Positions 22,662 to 33,063 of a stretch of DNA of 64,000 nucleotides are shown piece by piece. Below the pieces are notes generated by a model. The model was not told the origin of the DNA. It did no database searches and was given only the letters and a program-made list of their open reading frames with translations. Source of the stretch: Anaerohalosphaeraceae bacterium (GTDB taxonomy: Bacteria > Planctomycetota > Phycisphaerae > Sedimentisphaerales > Anaerohalosphaeraceae); contig CAXXSL010000016.1 in assembly GCA_963675525.2 (NCBI GenBank), positions 224,001 to 288,000 on the forward strand. Reading direction: 5' to 3'. Each line of letters starts with the position of its first letter. The stretch's first letter is position 1. The translations under genes and the position numbers were made by a program.

Positions 22662-24302
22662 ATGATGAGAAGAGTTCTCTACGCCACTATTTTCCTATTC
22701 ATAATTCAGTTTCAAAATATATATGCACAGAATAGTATTCCACATTTAAAAAAGGTTGGTAACAGGCACCAATTGATAGTAAATGGAAAACCATTTTTAA
22801 TGTTGGCGGGCGAGTTAAGTAACTCCATCGCCAGCACAATGGAATCCATGGAGCCCGTTTGGCCCCGCATGAAAGAGCTGAATGTAAATACCCTTCTCGT
22901 TCCCGTTTATTGGGAATTACTGGAACCGGAAGAAGGCAAATTTGATTATCAGTTGGTTGATGATCTCATTTTGGAAGCAAGAAAATATGATCTGAAAATT
23001 GTTCCTCTATGGTTTGGTTCATGGAAAAATAGTATGTCCAGCCATGCACCAGCCTGGGTAAAGCTTGATCAGAAACGCTTTCCGCGTGCCAAAAGTGACG
23101 CTGGTATAAGTCAGGAAATATTGACACCACTATCTGAGAATAACTTAAAAGCTGATCTAAATGCTTATAAGCACCTTATGCGCCACATTAAGGAAGTAGA
23201 TGCTGAGCATCAAACAGTAATTTTAATGCAACCCGAAAATGAAATTGGCATGTTACCTTCTGCACGAGATCATTCCGCCTTGGCCAATGATCAATTCCAA
23301 AAAGAGGTGCCCGCTGAACTGATAAACTACATGAAAGAAAATAAATCAAACCTGAACCCGGAATTCTTGGAAATCTGGGAAAAGAATGGTTTTAAAACTT
23401 CGGGCAATTGGGAGACGGTTTTTGGCAAAGGATTACATACCGATGAGATTTTTATGGCCTGGTATTTTGCTCTCTATGCAGATAAAATTTCTGCCGCTGG
23501 AAAAGAGGAATACGCTTTACCCACCTATGTTAATGCAGCATTGAATCGACCTGGAAAGAAACCGGGCGAATACCCGAGTGCCGGCCCGCTTCCCCATGTT
23601 TTGGATGTATGGATGGCCGCCTCACCATCTATCGATTTTTATTCGCCGGATTATTATACCCCGCGTTTTAAACATTGGAATGATTTATATGTAAGACAGG
23701 GCAACCCACTGTTTGTGCCGGAACATAAGTTCGATAATACAGTCGCTGCAAAAGCGTTATATACGATAGGGCATTATGAGGGTCTTGGATTTTCACCATT
23801 TTCCATACAACAAATCCCAGGTGTACCGTTTAGCCCCAAGGAAGAGAAGCTGGCAAATGTCTACGATATCATGAGTCAGATTAAACCCATATTAGATAAG
23901 AACTGGGGACAAGGAAAAATTGAGGCTGTATTGCTGGACAAAGACGATAATAAGGCTGCTTTTACATTGGGAGATTATGAATTTACGGCCGTGCACACGC
24001 ACAATTTGGGCTGGGAGGCCGAGGCGAAATCAGATGAATGGGAACAGTCTGCTGCAATGATTATCCAAAATGGGGATAACGAATTTTATTATGCAGGGTT
24101 TGGAGTTTCAATTAAAGCAAAAAACCTGAAAGAGAAAGATAGAGTGGTCGGGATATTGAAAACAGATCGTGTCTATTTTAAAGATGGCAAGTGGCATGTA
24201 TACCAACATCTAAATGGAGATCAGACGCATCAAGGAAGGCATATACGTTCATTTGTGAATGATATTTCAATTCAGAAATTTACTTTGTATATGTATGATT
24301 AA
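22662..24302 (+). CDS. GH35-like glycoside hydrolase with DUF5597-type C-terminus
   Basis: GKPFLMLAGELSNS, WFGSWKN, QPENE, YPSAGP, LNGDQTHQG; signal peptide. Confidence 0.8.
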   Translation: MMRRVLYATIFLFIIQFQNIYAQNSIPHLKKVGNRHQLIVNGKPFLMLAGELSNSIASTMESMEPVWPRMKELNVNTLLVPVYWELLEPEEGKFDYQLVDDLILEARKYDLKIVPLWFGSWKNSMSSHAPAWVKLDQKRFPRAKSDAGISQEILTPLSENNLKADLNAYKHLMRHIKEVDAEHQTVILMQPENEIGMLPSARDHSALANDQFQKEVPAELINYMKENKSNLNPEFLEIWEKNGFKTSGNWETVFGKGLHTDEIFMAWYFALYADKISAAGKEEYALPTYVNAALNRPGKKPGEYPSAGPLPHVLDVWMAASPSIDFYSPDYYTPRFKHWNDLYVRQGNPLFVPEHKFDNTVAAKALYTIGHYEGLGFSPFSIQQIPGVPFSPKEEKLANVYDIMSQIKPILDKNWGQGKIEAVLLDKDDNKAAFTLGDYEFTAVHTHNLGWEAEAKSDEWEQSAAMIIQNGDNEFYYAGFGVSIKAKNLKEKDRVVGILKTDRVYFKDGKWHVYQHLNGDQTHQGRHIRSFVNDISIQKFTLYMYD

Positions 24303-24447
24303 CGCAAGCATGGTATGTCACCAGGAGAATCAAAAGGATCGGGCCTTCTCATGTGATTAGAAAACCTCTTAAAAATCCAGCTAATCCTGTCTAAAATAAA
24401 ATCCGCGATAACTCGCGTAATCTGCGGTCATCCTCATGTCTCAAGCC

Positions 24448-26427
24448 TCAAGACTCGGAACCAAACACCCGCACCAGCAGCACACCATGCGGCGGGATGT
24501 CTTCGGCCGTAAATGATATTTTGAACTCGCCGAGATCCTTTTGCCGCCACAGGTCACGGACACGGTGTTTATCACTTGCCTTCAAGCCCAGCGGTATCCA
24601 GTCCAAGCTTAGTGATTGGGGCTTATATGCATTCATATTAAATATTCCCACAACCTTCGAACCGTCTTCCATGTCTTTGACCCATACCTTCATATTCACA
24701 CCATCATACAGGCATTTTGCCTGTTTGCCCAGCGGATCCTGGTTGACTTCCAGCACCTCGTCATTGGTCAGCAGGTTCAGTGTAAACTCATCCAACTGCT
24801 CGATCGGACAACCGATCAGCAGCGGCGAACTGAGCATGCACCACAGGCTGATATGCGTATACTGCTCATCCGGGGTCAGTCGCGAATCGTGCAGATTCGG
24901 CCCCCAGCCGACCTTGCCCACAACCAGCATATCCGGATCGTTCCACTGTCCCGGCTTGGCGTAACGGTACAACTCCGCCTGCCCAAAACCGATACCCGCC
25001 ATGCTCGACCATGTGTCTCTAATATCGCCCGTTGTCCGCCAGCAGTTGCCGCCAACCTCGCCGCCCCACTTCCAGACATCACCCCAGCCGTATTGACACA
25101 GGCTGTAAACAATATCCCGCCCAACCCGGTCCAGCATCTGGCGCATCAGAATATACGGCCGCTGCAAATCCTCCAGCGTCTGATTCCCCGACACCTTCGA
25201 ATACCCGCACCAATCATACTTGAGATAGTCAAATCCCCACTCCGCAAACTGCTGCGCATCCAATAGCTCATGCTGCCAGCTGGCTTCATACCCCGCACAC
25301 GTCGTCGGCCCGGGTCCTATATAAATACCCGCCTTAAGCCCCAGTCCATGAATGTAATCGGTCAGCGACTTCATGTCGGGAAATTTGTCATTGCATAAGA
25401 TACGTCCGTCCTCATCCCGTACCGGCTCAATCGAACCCGGCTTCCGCATCCAACAGTCATCAATATTAATATAACTCCAGCCGTGATTGACCAGCCCCGA
25501 ATCCACCATCGCCTTGGCTGACAAGCGCACCTTCGCGTCATCCACAGCACACGCCCAGCAGTTCCAACTGTTCCACCCCATCGGCGGCGTTAAGGCAATC
25601 GTATCGCCCACAACAATTTTCAGCGACCGTTCGGCTTTCCCCTCGTCATTTTTCGCAATCACCGTTGTTTTGTATTCGCCTTTGGTTTCAACAGCACCGG
25701 TAATGCGCCCCGTTTTCGAATCCAGCGTCAAGCCTTCCGGCAGATTCTTCACCTCAAACATCATCGGCCGCGTGCCTGTGGCTGTGACTGTAAATAAAAA
25801 CGGATTTCCCGGACGCGCACCAAAAACGGTCGGTCCCGTAATCCGCGGCGCCGGTCCCGGCTTCGGCGTCAAAATATACGGCTCAGATCCGTATCGTTCC
25901 ATTATTCTTGGCTTGTCACCAGCATATTCGATCTTCGCCATCGCCCAGTCCGCATGGTCATAGTCAATCCCGTCTCCTGTATCATAAACGAATAATCGAA
26001 GGAGTTTAATTCCCTTCAAATCGACTGTAATGTCTTTAGCTGTGTCTCCGGCCCTCATCGGCCCTGAATCGGCCAGTTCCTTCCCGCCACTACTGACTTC
26101 AAATTCCACACTGCCGCGACTGCCCGTTTCGCTGTCCACACCGACCTTGGCCGTAAACCGCATCGCATTGCCATCCAGCTCAATATACATCTCCCCATTT
26201 GCATGTGTCCCAATCCCACGTTCAAATGTCTTGCCGTCAATCGTCAGCGGATTTCCATCGATGGAACGATTGGCCTGTGTTTCTCCCCACCCCTCCGTCG
26301 CCTGCGTTACATCCAGCTCATCCAGCCAAACCGTCTTAACATCCTCACTCGCCACCGCCAAACCGCTGACAACAATCAGACAAACCAATCCTACCGTATG
26401 CTTAATCATTTTCATACTCCCATTCAA
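24448..26427 (-). CDS. GH27 alpha-galactosidase with N-terminal NPCBM and Ig domains
   Basis: GIGTHA..DHADWA (NPCBM); TPPMGWNSWN, NIDDCW, YLKYDWC, WRTTGDI, WNDPDML. Confidence 0.92.
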   Translation of the reverse strand: MNGSMKMIKHTVGLVCLIVVSGLAVASEDVKTVWLDELDVTQATEGWGETQANRSIDGNPLTIDGKTFERGIGTHANGEMYIELDGNAMRFTAKVGVDSETGSRGSVEFEVSSGGKELADSGPMRAGDTAKDITVDLKGIKLLRLFVYDTGDGIDYDHADWAMAKIEYAGDKPRIMERYGSEPYILTPKPGPAPRITGPTVFGARPGNPFLFTVTATGTRPMMFEVKNLPEGLTLDSKTGRITGAVETKGEYKTTVIAKNDEGKAERSLKIVVGDTIALTPPMGWNSWNCWACAVDDAKVRLSAKAMVDSGLVNHGWSYINIDDCWMRKPGSIEPVRDEDGRILCNDKFPDMKSLTDYIHGLGLKAGIYIGPGPTTCAGYEASWQHELLDAQQFAEWGFDYLKYDWCGYSKVSGNQTLEDLQRPYILMRQMLDRVGRDIVYSLCQYGWGDVWKWGGEVGGNCWRTTGDIRDTWSSMAGIGFGQAELYRYAKPGQWNDPDMLVVGKVGWGPNLHDSRLTPDEQYTHISLWCMLSSPLLIGCPIEQLDEFTLNLLTNDEVLEVNQDPLGKQAKCLYDGVNMKVWVKDMEDGSKVVGIFNMNAYKPQSLSLDWIPLGLKASDKHRVRDLWRQKDLGEFKISFTAEDIPPHGVLLVRVFGSES

Positions 26428-26430
26428 ATT

Positions 26431-26456
26431 GTCATTCTGAGCGCAGCGAAGAATCT
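26431..26456 (+). repeat. REP-like palindromic element
   Basis: GTCATTCTGAGCGCAGCGAAGAATCT, a GTCATT-headed imperfect hairpin in an intergenic position. Confidence 0.55.
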
Positions 26457-26525
26457 CACCTCTGTATCTTTAAAAGCATTCACACCTTCAAAATAAAAAT
26501 CTGTGCAATCTGTGAACAAAAAAAA

Positions 26526-28049
26526 CTACGCACTCAACACAAACGCCGTCAGCAACCGCACACCGAATCCAATCGACCCCGGCGCATCGCCTTCGCCTGC
26601 CCCCCAGACACCAACCCCGGCGATATCCAGATGCGCCCACCTGGCCTTATCGACAAACTGGCTCAGGAACGCCGCCGCCGTACACGCCCCGCCGTACTTA
26701 CCGCCGACATTTTTCAAGTCGGCAATCTTGCTTTTCATCTCGTCAACAAATTCATCATCGCAGGGCAAATGCCAAACCCGCTCGCCCGTCGCAACTGATG
26801 CATCTTTGAGCCGCTCAACCAGCACATCATCATTGCCCATCACGCCTGCGCGTTTCTGCCCCAGCGCCACCACACACGCCCCCGTCAGCGTTGCCATATC
26901 AACGATCGGCGAGCAGCCCAGTTTTTCCGCATACGCAATCGCATCGCACAAAATCATCCGCCCCTCCGCATCCGTATTCTGTATCTCCACCGTCTTGCCG
27001 CTGAACGTCGTCACAATGTCGCCGGGCCGATAGCTCCCCGTCCCCGGCATATTCTCCGCCGATGGAATAATCCCATAAACTTTCACCTTCGGCTTCAACT
27101 TCGCAATCGCCTGCATCGCCCCCAGCACGGCAATCCCGCCGGACTTGTCAAATTTCATATCCTGCATCCCGGCACCGGGCTTGAGACTGATGCCGCCGGA
27201 ATCAAACGTCACCGCCTTGCCCACCAAACCGATCGCCTTCGCGTTTTTCCCCGCCCCCGCCGGCGTGTATTGCAGAATGATCAGCCGAGGCGGCGTGACC
27301 GACCCCTGACCCACCGCCAGAATGCCCCCCATCTTCTTCGTCTTAAGCTGTTTTTCATCCAGCACCGTACACCGCAACCCCGCAATGCCCTGCGCCATCT
27401 TTCGTGCTTCCGCCGCGAGGGTTACCGGGTTGATGACATTCGCCGGACGATTCGCAAGCATCCGTGCGTAATTCTGCGCCTGCCCCGTGATCAGCCCGAC
27501 CGCGATCCCCTTGCGCAACTTCGCGATCGCCGACACACTCGCATCAAAAATCACCGCCGTCAGTTTCGCCGGCCGCTTCTTCGCATCCGTCATATACTCA
27601 TCATAGCGAAACGCCCCGAAACACGCGCCTTCCGCAAGCGCCTGCCCAACCGCAGTCGAATCCAGCTTTGCCGATGCACCGATCTCTGTATGCAAACTCA
27701 GCGCAACGGATTTCGCCTTCAGCTCGACCGCCTTTGTCGTCGCCAGCGCCGCCGCCTTCCGCAAAACCTCCAGCTTGGCGTCTTTCCGCTTGCCAAGCCC
27801 GACCAGCAGAACACGTGCTGCGGCCGCTTTCCCTTCGCTGTACAAAAGACAACTGCTGCCGGCCTTCGCTTCAAAATCGCCCAGTCTGCGAACCTTTGTA
27901 ATCGCCCCGCCCAGCTTTTTATCCAGTGCCTTGACCAGTGAGCCCGCCGTTACATCCGAAAACACACCGACCGCCAAAACATCGCTCTTGGTAATGAATA
28001 CATCGCCCTTTTGAGCCTTGACCGAAATTTGAATCAATGATTTTGTCAT
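26526..28049 (-). CDS. pepA: Leucyl aminopeptidase (M17)
   Basis: GKAVTFDSGG, MKFDKSG, NTDAEGR, ATLTGA, WAHLDIAG. Confidence 0.95.
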   Translation of the reverse strand: MTKSLIQISVKAQKGDVFITKSDVLAVGVFSDVTAGSLVKALDKKLGGAITKVRRLGDFEAKAGSSCLLYSEGKAAAARVLLVGLGKRKDAKLEVLRKAAALATTKAVELKAKSVALSLHTEIGASAKLDSTAVGQALAEGACFGAFRYDEYMTDAKKRPAKLTAVIFDASVSAIAKLRKGIAVGLITGQAQNYARMLANRPANVINPVTLAAEARKMAQGIAGLRCTVLDEKQLKTKKMGGILAVGQGSVTPPRLIILQYTPAGAGKNAKAIGLVGKAVTFDSGGISLKPGAGMQDMKFDKSGGIAVLGAMQAIAKLKPKVKVYGIIPSAENMPGTGSYRPGDIVTTFSGKTVEIQNTDAEGRMILCDAIAYAEKLGCSPIVDMATLTGACVVALGQKRAGVMGNDDVLVERLKDASVATGERVWHLPCDDEFVDEMKSKIADLKNVGGKYGGACTAAAFLSQFVDKARWAHLDIAGVGVWGAGEGDAPGSIGFGVRLLTAFVLSA

Positions 28050-28073
28050 CTCTGCAATCCTTTAAAAAAATGC

Positions 28074-29498
28074 CTAAGACGAGAACTGAAAATCCGCACT
28101 CGGCGTTCGCGCCTCTTTCATAATTTTTGCCATTTTCCCAACAATCTCCGGATACTGCGCCGCAACATTTTTTGTCTCGCCGATATCCGTACTCAAATCA
28201 TACAACTCAACAGGCCCGGCCGGATGCTGTCCGACATTCAGCCGCACCGCTTTCCATTGCCCCATGCGAACCGCCTGCTTGCCGCCCCGCTCATGAAATT
28301 CCCAATACAGATACGCATGCTGTTTTTGCTGAGCAGTCTTTCCCCGCAGCGTCGGCCGCATCGAGATCCCATCAATATCATTTCCCGCACACAATCCCCC
28401 CAGTTCGGCGCACGTCGGCAGAATATCCTGAAACCCGCTGATATGGTCGCTCTCGCTGCCAGCTTTGATCGTCCCCGGCCAGCGCACAATAAACGGCACA
28501 CGAATCCCGCCTTCATACAGATCGCGTTTGATCCCGCGCAAAGGCCCGCTGCTGTGATTAAACGCCGGGTCATTGCCCCCCTCGGCATGAGGCCCGTTAT
28601 CGCTGGTAAACATCACAACCGTATTCTCATCGATCCCCAGCACCGCAAGCTGCCGCAAAATTTTCCCGACATCCGCATCCATCCGCGAGATCATCGCCGC
28701 GTGCGCCTTCTGCGCCTCCGGCCAATCCGTATCCTTGTACGCCCCCAGTTCCGGCACTTCCATCCCCGCATCGCCCGCCTCATTATTCGCATGGGGGATC
28801 GTTAATGCCAGGTACAGAAAAAACGGTTCATCCTTTTTCGCTTGGATAAAATCAAGCGCCTTCTCCACAAACAGATCATGTGAATACACCGCCTTGTTCG
28901 TCGAAACACCCCCCGGCAATCCCCCTCGCCCCAGTTGGATATACTCAACCTCGTTCGGCAGGCGGATCTTCTTGTCATTTTCCCAAAGATAATCCGGGTA
29001 ATAATTATGTGCCGCCCGCTGATTCAGATACCCGAAGAAGTAGTCGAACCCCTGCTTGTTCGGAACACCCGTCGTCCCCGGCTCACCCAGTCCCCACTTG
29101 CCGATCAACCCCGTCGCGTACCCCGCCTCTTTCATCCGCTCCGCCACCGTCACATCCTCCGGCAAAAGCGGAGTCCGTTTGTTCCCGCGTATCCGGCAAT
29201 GCCCCGTATGCAAACCCGTCATCAGCGCACACCGCGACGGAGCACACACCGTACTGCCCGCATAATGCTGCGTAAACCGCACGCCTTCCGCGGCCATCGC
29301 GTCAATGTTCGGCGTCTGAATGCGCCTCTGCCCGTAACACCCCAGGTCGCCATACCCCAGGTCATCGGCAAGAATGTAAATGATATTCGGCTTTTGCCGC
29401 CCGCCGAAACCAAACCGCTCAAACACACACCCGCCCAGCAGCGACCCCGACGCCACAGCACCCGCGCCTTTAAGAAAATGTCGTCTCGACAATCCCAT
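28074..29498 (-). CDS. Arylsulfatase (formylglycine type), Tat-exported, probably a lipoprotein
   Basis: SRRHFLK Tat motif, LLGGC lipobox, DDLG, CAPSR, GKW, SDNG; start at MGLSRR (29498). Confidence 0.92.
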   Translation of the reverse strand: MGLSRRHFLKGAGAVASGSLLGGCVFERFGFGGRQKPNIIYILADDLGYGDLGCYGQRRIQTPNIDAMAAEGVRFTQHYAGSTVCAPSRCALMTGLHTGHCRIRGNKRTPLLPEDVTVAERMKEAGYATGLIGKWGLGEPGTTGVPNKQGFDYFFGYLNQRAAHNYYPDYLWENDKKIRLPNEVEYIQLGRGGLPGGVSTNKAVYSHDLFVEKALDFIQAKKDEPFFLYLALTIPHANNEAGDAGMEVPELGAYKDTDWPEAQKAHAAMISRMDADVGKILRQLAVLGIDENTVVMFTSDNGPHAEGGNDPAFNHSSGPLRGIKRDLYEGGIRVPFIVRWPGTIKAGSESDHISGFQDILPTCAELGGLCAGNDIDGISMRPTLRGKTAQQKQHAYLYWEFHERGGKQAVRMGQWKAVRLNVGQHPAGPVELYDLSTDIGETKNVAAQYPEIVGKMAKIMKEARTPSADFQFSS

Positions 29499-29511
29499 CG
29501 TTCGTCCCTTC

Positions 29512-30637
29512 CTACCCGGATTTCGCTTTATTATTTTTTTCCGCGCGATAACGAAGGTAGCTCTCGATAAAGTCTTCAATATCCCCATCCAGCACCGCCT
29601 GCACGTTGCCGCTCTGGTGGTCGGTGCGATGGTCCTTGATCATCTGGTACGGCTGCAAAACATAACTGCGTATCTGGTTGCCCCACGCGATCTCACCTTT
29701 GGCGCTGTACAGCTTGGCCAGTTCCGCGTCGCGCTTTTGCTGTTCGAGCATATACAATTTGCCCCGCAGCATCTTCATCGCCTCGGCCTTGTTCTTGTGC
29801 TGGCTGCGGTCATTCTGACACTGCACGACGATATTGGTTGGGATATGCGTGATCCGAACGGCCGAGCTGGTCTTGTTGACGTGCTGACCGCCCGCACCAC
29901 CGGCACGGTAATAATCGATCCGCAAATCGTCCTCGTCGATCTCAATCTCAATGTCATCCTCAAAGTCCGGCATCACATCCACCGCGGCAAAACTCGTATG
30001 CCGTCGGCTCTGCGAATCGAACGGACTGATGCGCACCAGCCGGTGCACGCCCGTTTCGCACGACAGTTTGCCAAACGCAAACGCCCCTTCCACCCGCAGC
30101 GTGATCGAACGAATGCCCGCCTCTTCGCCGGGCGTAATATCCAGCTCCTCAAACTTGTACTTATTGTCCTCAAAATACCGCGTGTACATGCGAAACAGCA
30201 TGTGTGCCCAGTCACAGCTTTCGGTGCCGCCCGCTCCGGCATGAATACTGAAAAAACACGGCCGCATATCATCCGGCCCGTTCAGCATCCCCGCCACCTC
30301 GATCTTATCGCACTGTTTTTCCAAATCCTCGAGATCCGCCTCGATAGACGCCAGGGTATCGGCGTCGTTTTCCTCAGCGGCTAATTCGAAAAGATCGGCC
30401 ATGTCTTTGACCGCCTGCCCGACCTCTAAAACGGGGCCAATGACCGACTTAACCGCGCTGAGCTGGGTCACGACCTTCTGGGCCGCCTCCGGAATATCCC
30501 AAAACCCCGGCCGGGACATTTGTTCTTCGAGTTGACTGCGTAGGGTGATCTTTGATGGCAGGTCAAAGCCAGTCCCGGACCTGCAATATCCGGGCCTCAA
30601 GCGACTGTACCGATGTGCGTATTTCCGCGATTTCCAT
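29512..30637 (-). CDS. prfB: Peptide chain release factor 2 with programmed +1 frameshift
   Basis: ATG at 30637 gives MEIAEIRTSVQSLEARILQVRDWL, then CTT-TGA-C at 30568-30562; the +1 frame carries the SPF and GGQ motifs. Confidence 0.96.
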
Positions 30638-30673
30638 GATGTCTTTCTATCCAATCCTTACTTATTCGGCGTT

Positions 30674-30702
30674 GCCATTCCCGCGAATGGCGCCGAATCC
30701 AG
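30674..30702 (+). repeat. dRS3/REP-like element, copy 1
   Basis: GCCATTCCCGCGAATGGCGCCGAATCCAG; related copy at 31578-31605. Confidence 0.5.
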
Positions 30703-31033
30703 TGTTACTAATTGAAAGAGCCTTTTATATCAAAACTGCCGGAATTTGCAAGAAATTATGAAAGAAAAGCCGTCGTATCGGATCCCGCTAGTCGACATTT
30801 CCCCAAAGATCCAACCGCACCCACACGGTTATGCATGAATCGGCTTTCATCTCCCTTATCTCATATTATTCCCACTGAAACGGTAAAAAATGTCCATTAT
30901 AGATATTCTCTGTTTTTTATTAGACATAAAGAGAAAATATCCTATAATAATGATAGGTTTTCCGACAGTGTAGTCGGGGAAGGTTACTGAAAAATGTCAG
31001 ATTATTGGTAAGGAGATTAGCAATGAAAACCTG

Positions 31034-31411
31034 ATGAAACTTTCCATCGTGTTCTTGCTCATCGGCTCTTTCGTGGGACTGGCCTGGGCAAACAAAGCCC
31101 ACAAAGACTACGGCGGTACCACCGATTTTTGCATCATGATATCTCCCAACACCATCGTGCTCAGCGGCCCTTGTGATGTGATTAGCGTGCACAGCAACAT
31201 TCCCTACGGCATGGTTGACACATCATCGGCCATCACCCTCAATGGTGTCGATCCGATTTCCATCGGGGCTGACGACTGCGGCGACCTGGTCGTCAAGGTC
31301 CTCATCGATGACCTCGATCTTGAAGCCGGCCAGGTGACACTGACCCTCAGCGGCTTACTCATCGACGGCACGGACTTCGCAGGAGACGAAACCATTACCG
31401 TCAAAGAATAA
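31034..31411 (+). CDS. Small secreted beta-rich protein
   Basis: Signal peptide ending AWA, GGAG RBS, GC3-rich codon usage, downstream hairpin. Confidence 0.75.
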   Translation: MKLSIVFLLIGSFVGLAWANKAHKDYGGTTDFCIMISPNTIVLSGPCDVISVHSNIPYGMVDTSSAITLNGVDPISIGADDCGDLVVKVLIDDLDLEAGQVTLTLSGLLIDGTDFAGDETITVKE

Positions 31412-31431
31412 GTTCGATCAGAAAATACAAA

Positions 31432-31465
31432 CCTGTCCCCCCTCGCCCCACGCCGGGGGGACAGG
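31432..31465 (+). terminator. Stem-loop after the 31034 gene
   Basis: CCTGTCCCCCC...GGGGGGACAGG 11-bp stem; no U-tract. Confidence 0.55.
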
Positions 31466-31577
31466 GTCTATCAAATCCGAAACAGCGAAGCACTTTTGAG
31501 GATTTCACCCCATGGGTCTGTGAGACCCTTTGAACAGAAAAATCCCACAAAACCCAAAAACAAAAGCCCGAAATATT

Positions 31578-31605
31578 GTCATCTTCGCGAATGCACCGAA
31601 TCCAG
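31578..31605 (+). repeat. dRS3/REP-like element, copy 2
   Basis: GTCATCTTCGCGAATGCACCGAATCCAG. Confidence 0.45.
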
Positions 31606-31663
31606 ACTTAGTGATTGGTTGTAATCTTAACACTGAACTACGAACCAATTATTTTCTTCAGTC

Positions 31664-32401
31664 TCAGTCATGAAATCCAGACCATAGAGTGTAAATCTGT
31701 GATTCAGGCTTAGAGTATTCTATCCTGTTTTTTGTTCTCACCTTAAATGGGGTTTTTCTTCCGGAAGAATTAATAAAGAATCCTTCAAATTCAATACTGC
31801 AAGTCTTAGCTTCTCCAATTATATTTGAAAGTTTAGCATTCAATAGCATGCTCGTATGCCAATCTATGAATTCTCTACTCCAGTTTATACTATGCTTATT
31901 TTTTCTGCCTCCACTATATTCGACAGTCACTGTCTCAATATTGATTCCACTAGTATTCTTAGTTTCATCACGGAGAAGCATTTCAATTGTATAAGGTGGT
32001 TTCTTATTATGATATATCCAGCAGATTAAAGGGAATGCAGTTATACCCACATCATCAATCCACAAATCCCAAGAGACAGGGCCTTCAACAGTAACTTCCT
32101 CCCAATCTCCACCAAATCCACCTTCGTAGTGAACCATAATCCCTCCTGTAGTAACTGCAAAGATACAATATGATAAGATCATAATACTAATGAGTAGACG
32201 TTTCTTAAATCCAAACCGTGGGCTTCTCCAAGCAAGCCAAGTTAACCAAGGCAATATAAACAAAAAAAAGAGGCCCCAGGAAATAACAGGATGGAAACCA
32301 AAACCAACCCTGACCAAAAAAAGGCCAATGGTCGATATGACAAAAATAGCTACGAGCAATAAAACACGGTTTACTTGGGATAAATTAAAGGGGTTAGACA
32401 A
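31664..32401 (-). CDS. Hypothetical membrane protein (3 N-terminal TM), AT-rich
   Basis: 245-aa ORF with TTG start and AGGAG upstream. Confidence 0.65.
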   Translation of the reverse strand: MSNPFNLSQVNRVLLLVAIFVISTIGLFLVRVGFGFHPVISWGLFFLFILPWLTWLAWRSPRFGFKKRLLISIMILSYCIFAVTTGGIMVHYEGGFGGDWEEVTVEGPVSWDLWIDDVGITAFPLICWIYHNKKPPYTIEMLLRDETKNTSGINIETVTVEYSGGRKNKHSINWSREFIDWHTSMLLNAKLSNIIGEAKTCSIEFEGFFINSSGRKTPFKVRTKNRIEYSKPESQIYTLWSGFHD

Positions 32402-32778
32402 ACTTTTTTATTTCTCCTTTTCAACTAAAAACTCAAAACTATTCTCTGCTAACCCGGCCAATAACCCAGCATCCGCCCCGGCAGCATCAAAATCCTTTCC
32501 ATCATTTTCTATTATCAAGCCCAACGTCCGCCAACATCGATAACAGTTCTTCAAGAATGCATCAAAAACCACCGCCTCCGGCGGCTCCAAAATCTTCTGG
32601 CTTCTGCCTAAAATCTTATTTTTACAAATTTTACCCGCTATACCCCCAATTGGCAATCACACAAAAAAAGGGCGTTTTAAAAGACTCAATTATGTGATTG
32701 TCCGATAAAAAATAGAAATATAAATTAAAAGCGAATAAATACACACAAAAGAGCGGCCTCGTCGTATTAATATATAGA

Positions 32779-32919
32779 GTTTTCTCCCCTCCGGAAAAGG
32801 GACCACAACCATGGGGGGTTACAACACTGACGGTCCCCTTTCTTTCTATCTTAAGTTCCTCTTGTATATTGGCGATGCTTCTACCGCCGCTTGCAACGGC
32901 AGTCTGCAGGGGAGAAAAC
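32779..32919. ncRNA. Candidate structured RNA
   Basis: Outer 12-bp inverted repeat GTTTTCTCCCCT/AGGGGAGAAAAC enclosing nested hairpins. Confidence 0.35.
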
Positions 32920-32995
32920 GATCACTGCCCTGAACAGGCGTCACGCTATTTTATCACCTTAAGAAATCATGAACTGCGAAGCCAACAAGCAAACC

Positions 32996-33027
32996 AAAAA
33001 AAGGACACCCAAATAGGGTGTCCTTTT
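32996..33027 (-). terminator. Rho-independent terminator of the pilus operon (possibly bidirectional)
   Basis: AAAAGGACACCC-AAATA-GGGTGTCCTTTT, with a U-tract on the minus strand. Confidence 0.8.
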
Positions 33028-33063
33028 CAAAGGTATCTACTACACGCTTGAGCTAACGTATTT

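Noticed and set aside
29380..30384. 334-aa plus-strand ORF and many similar antisense ORFs (e.g. 8981-9664, 24616-25266, 27270-27941, 28935-29570)
   Set aside because: Shadows of well-supported minus-strand genes in GC-rich DNA; no motifs
32408..32656. 82-aa minus-strand ORF
   Set aside because: No clear RBS or motif; possibly a fragment, not supportable
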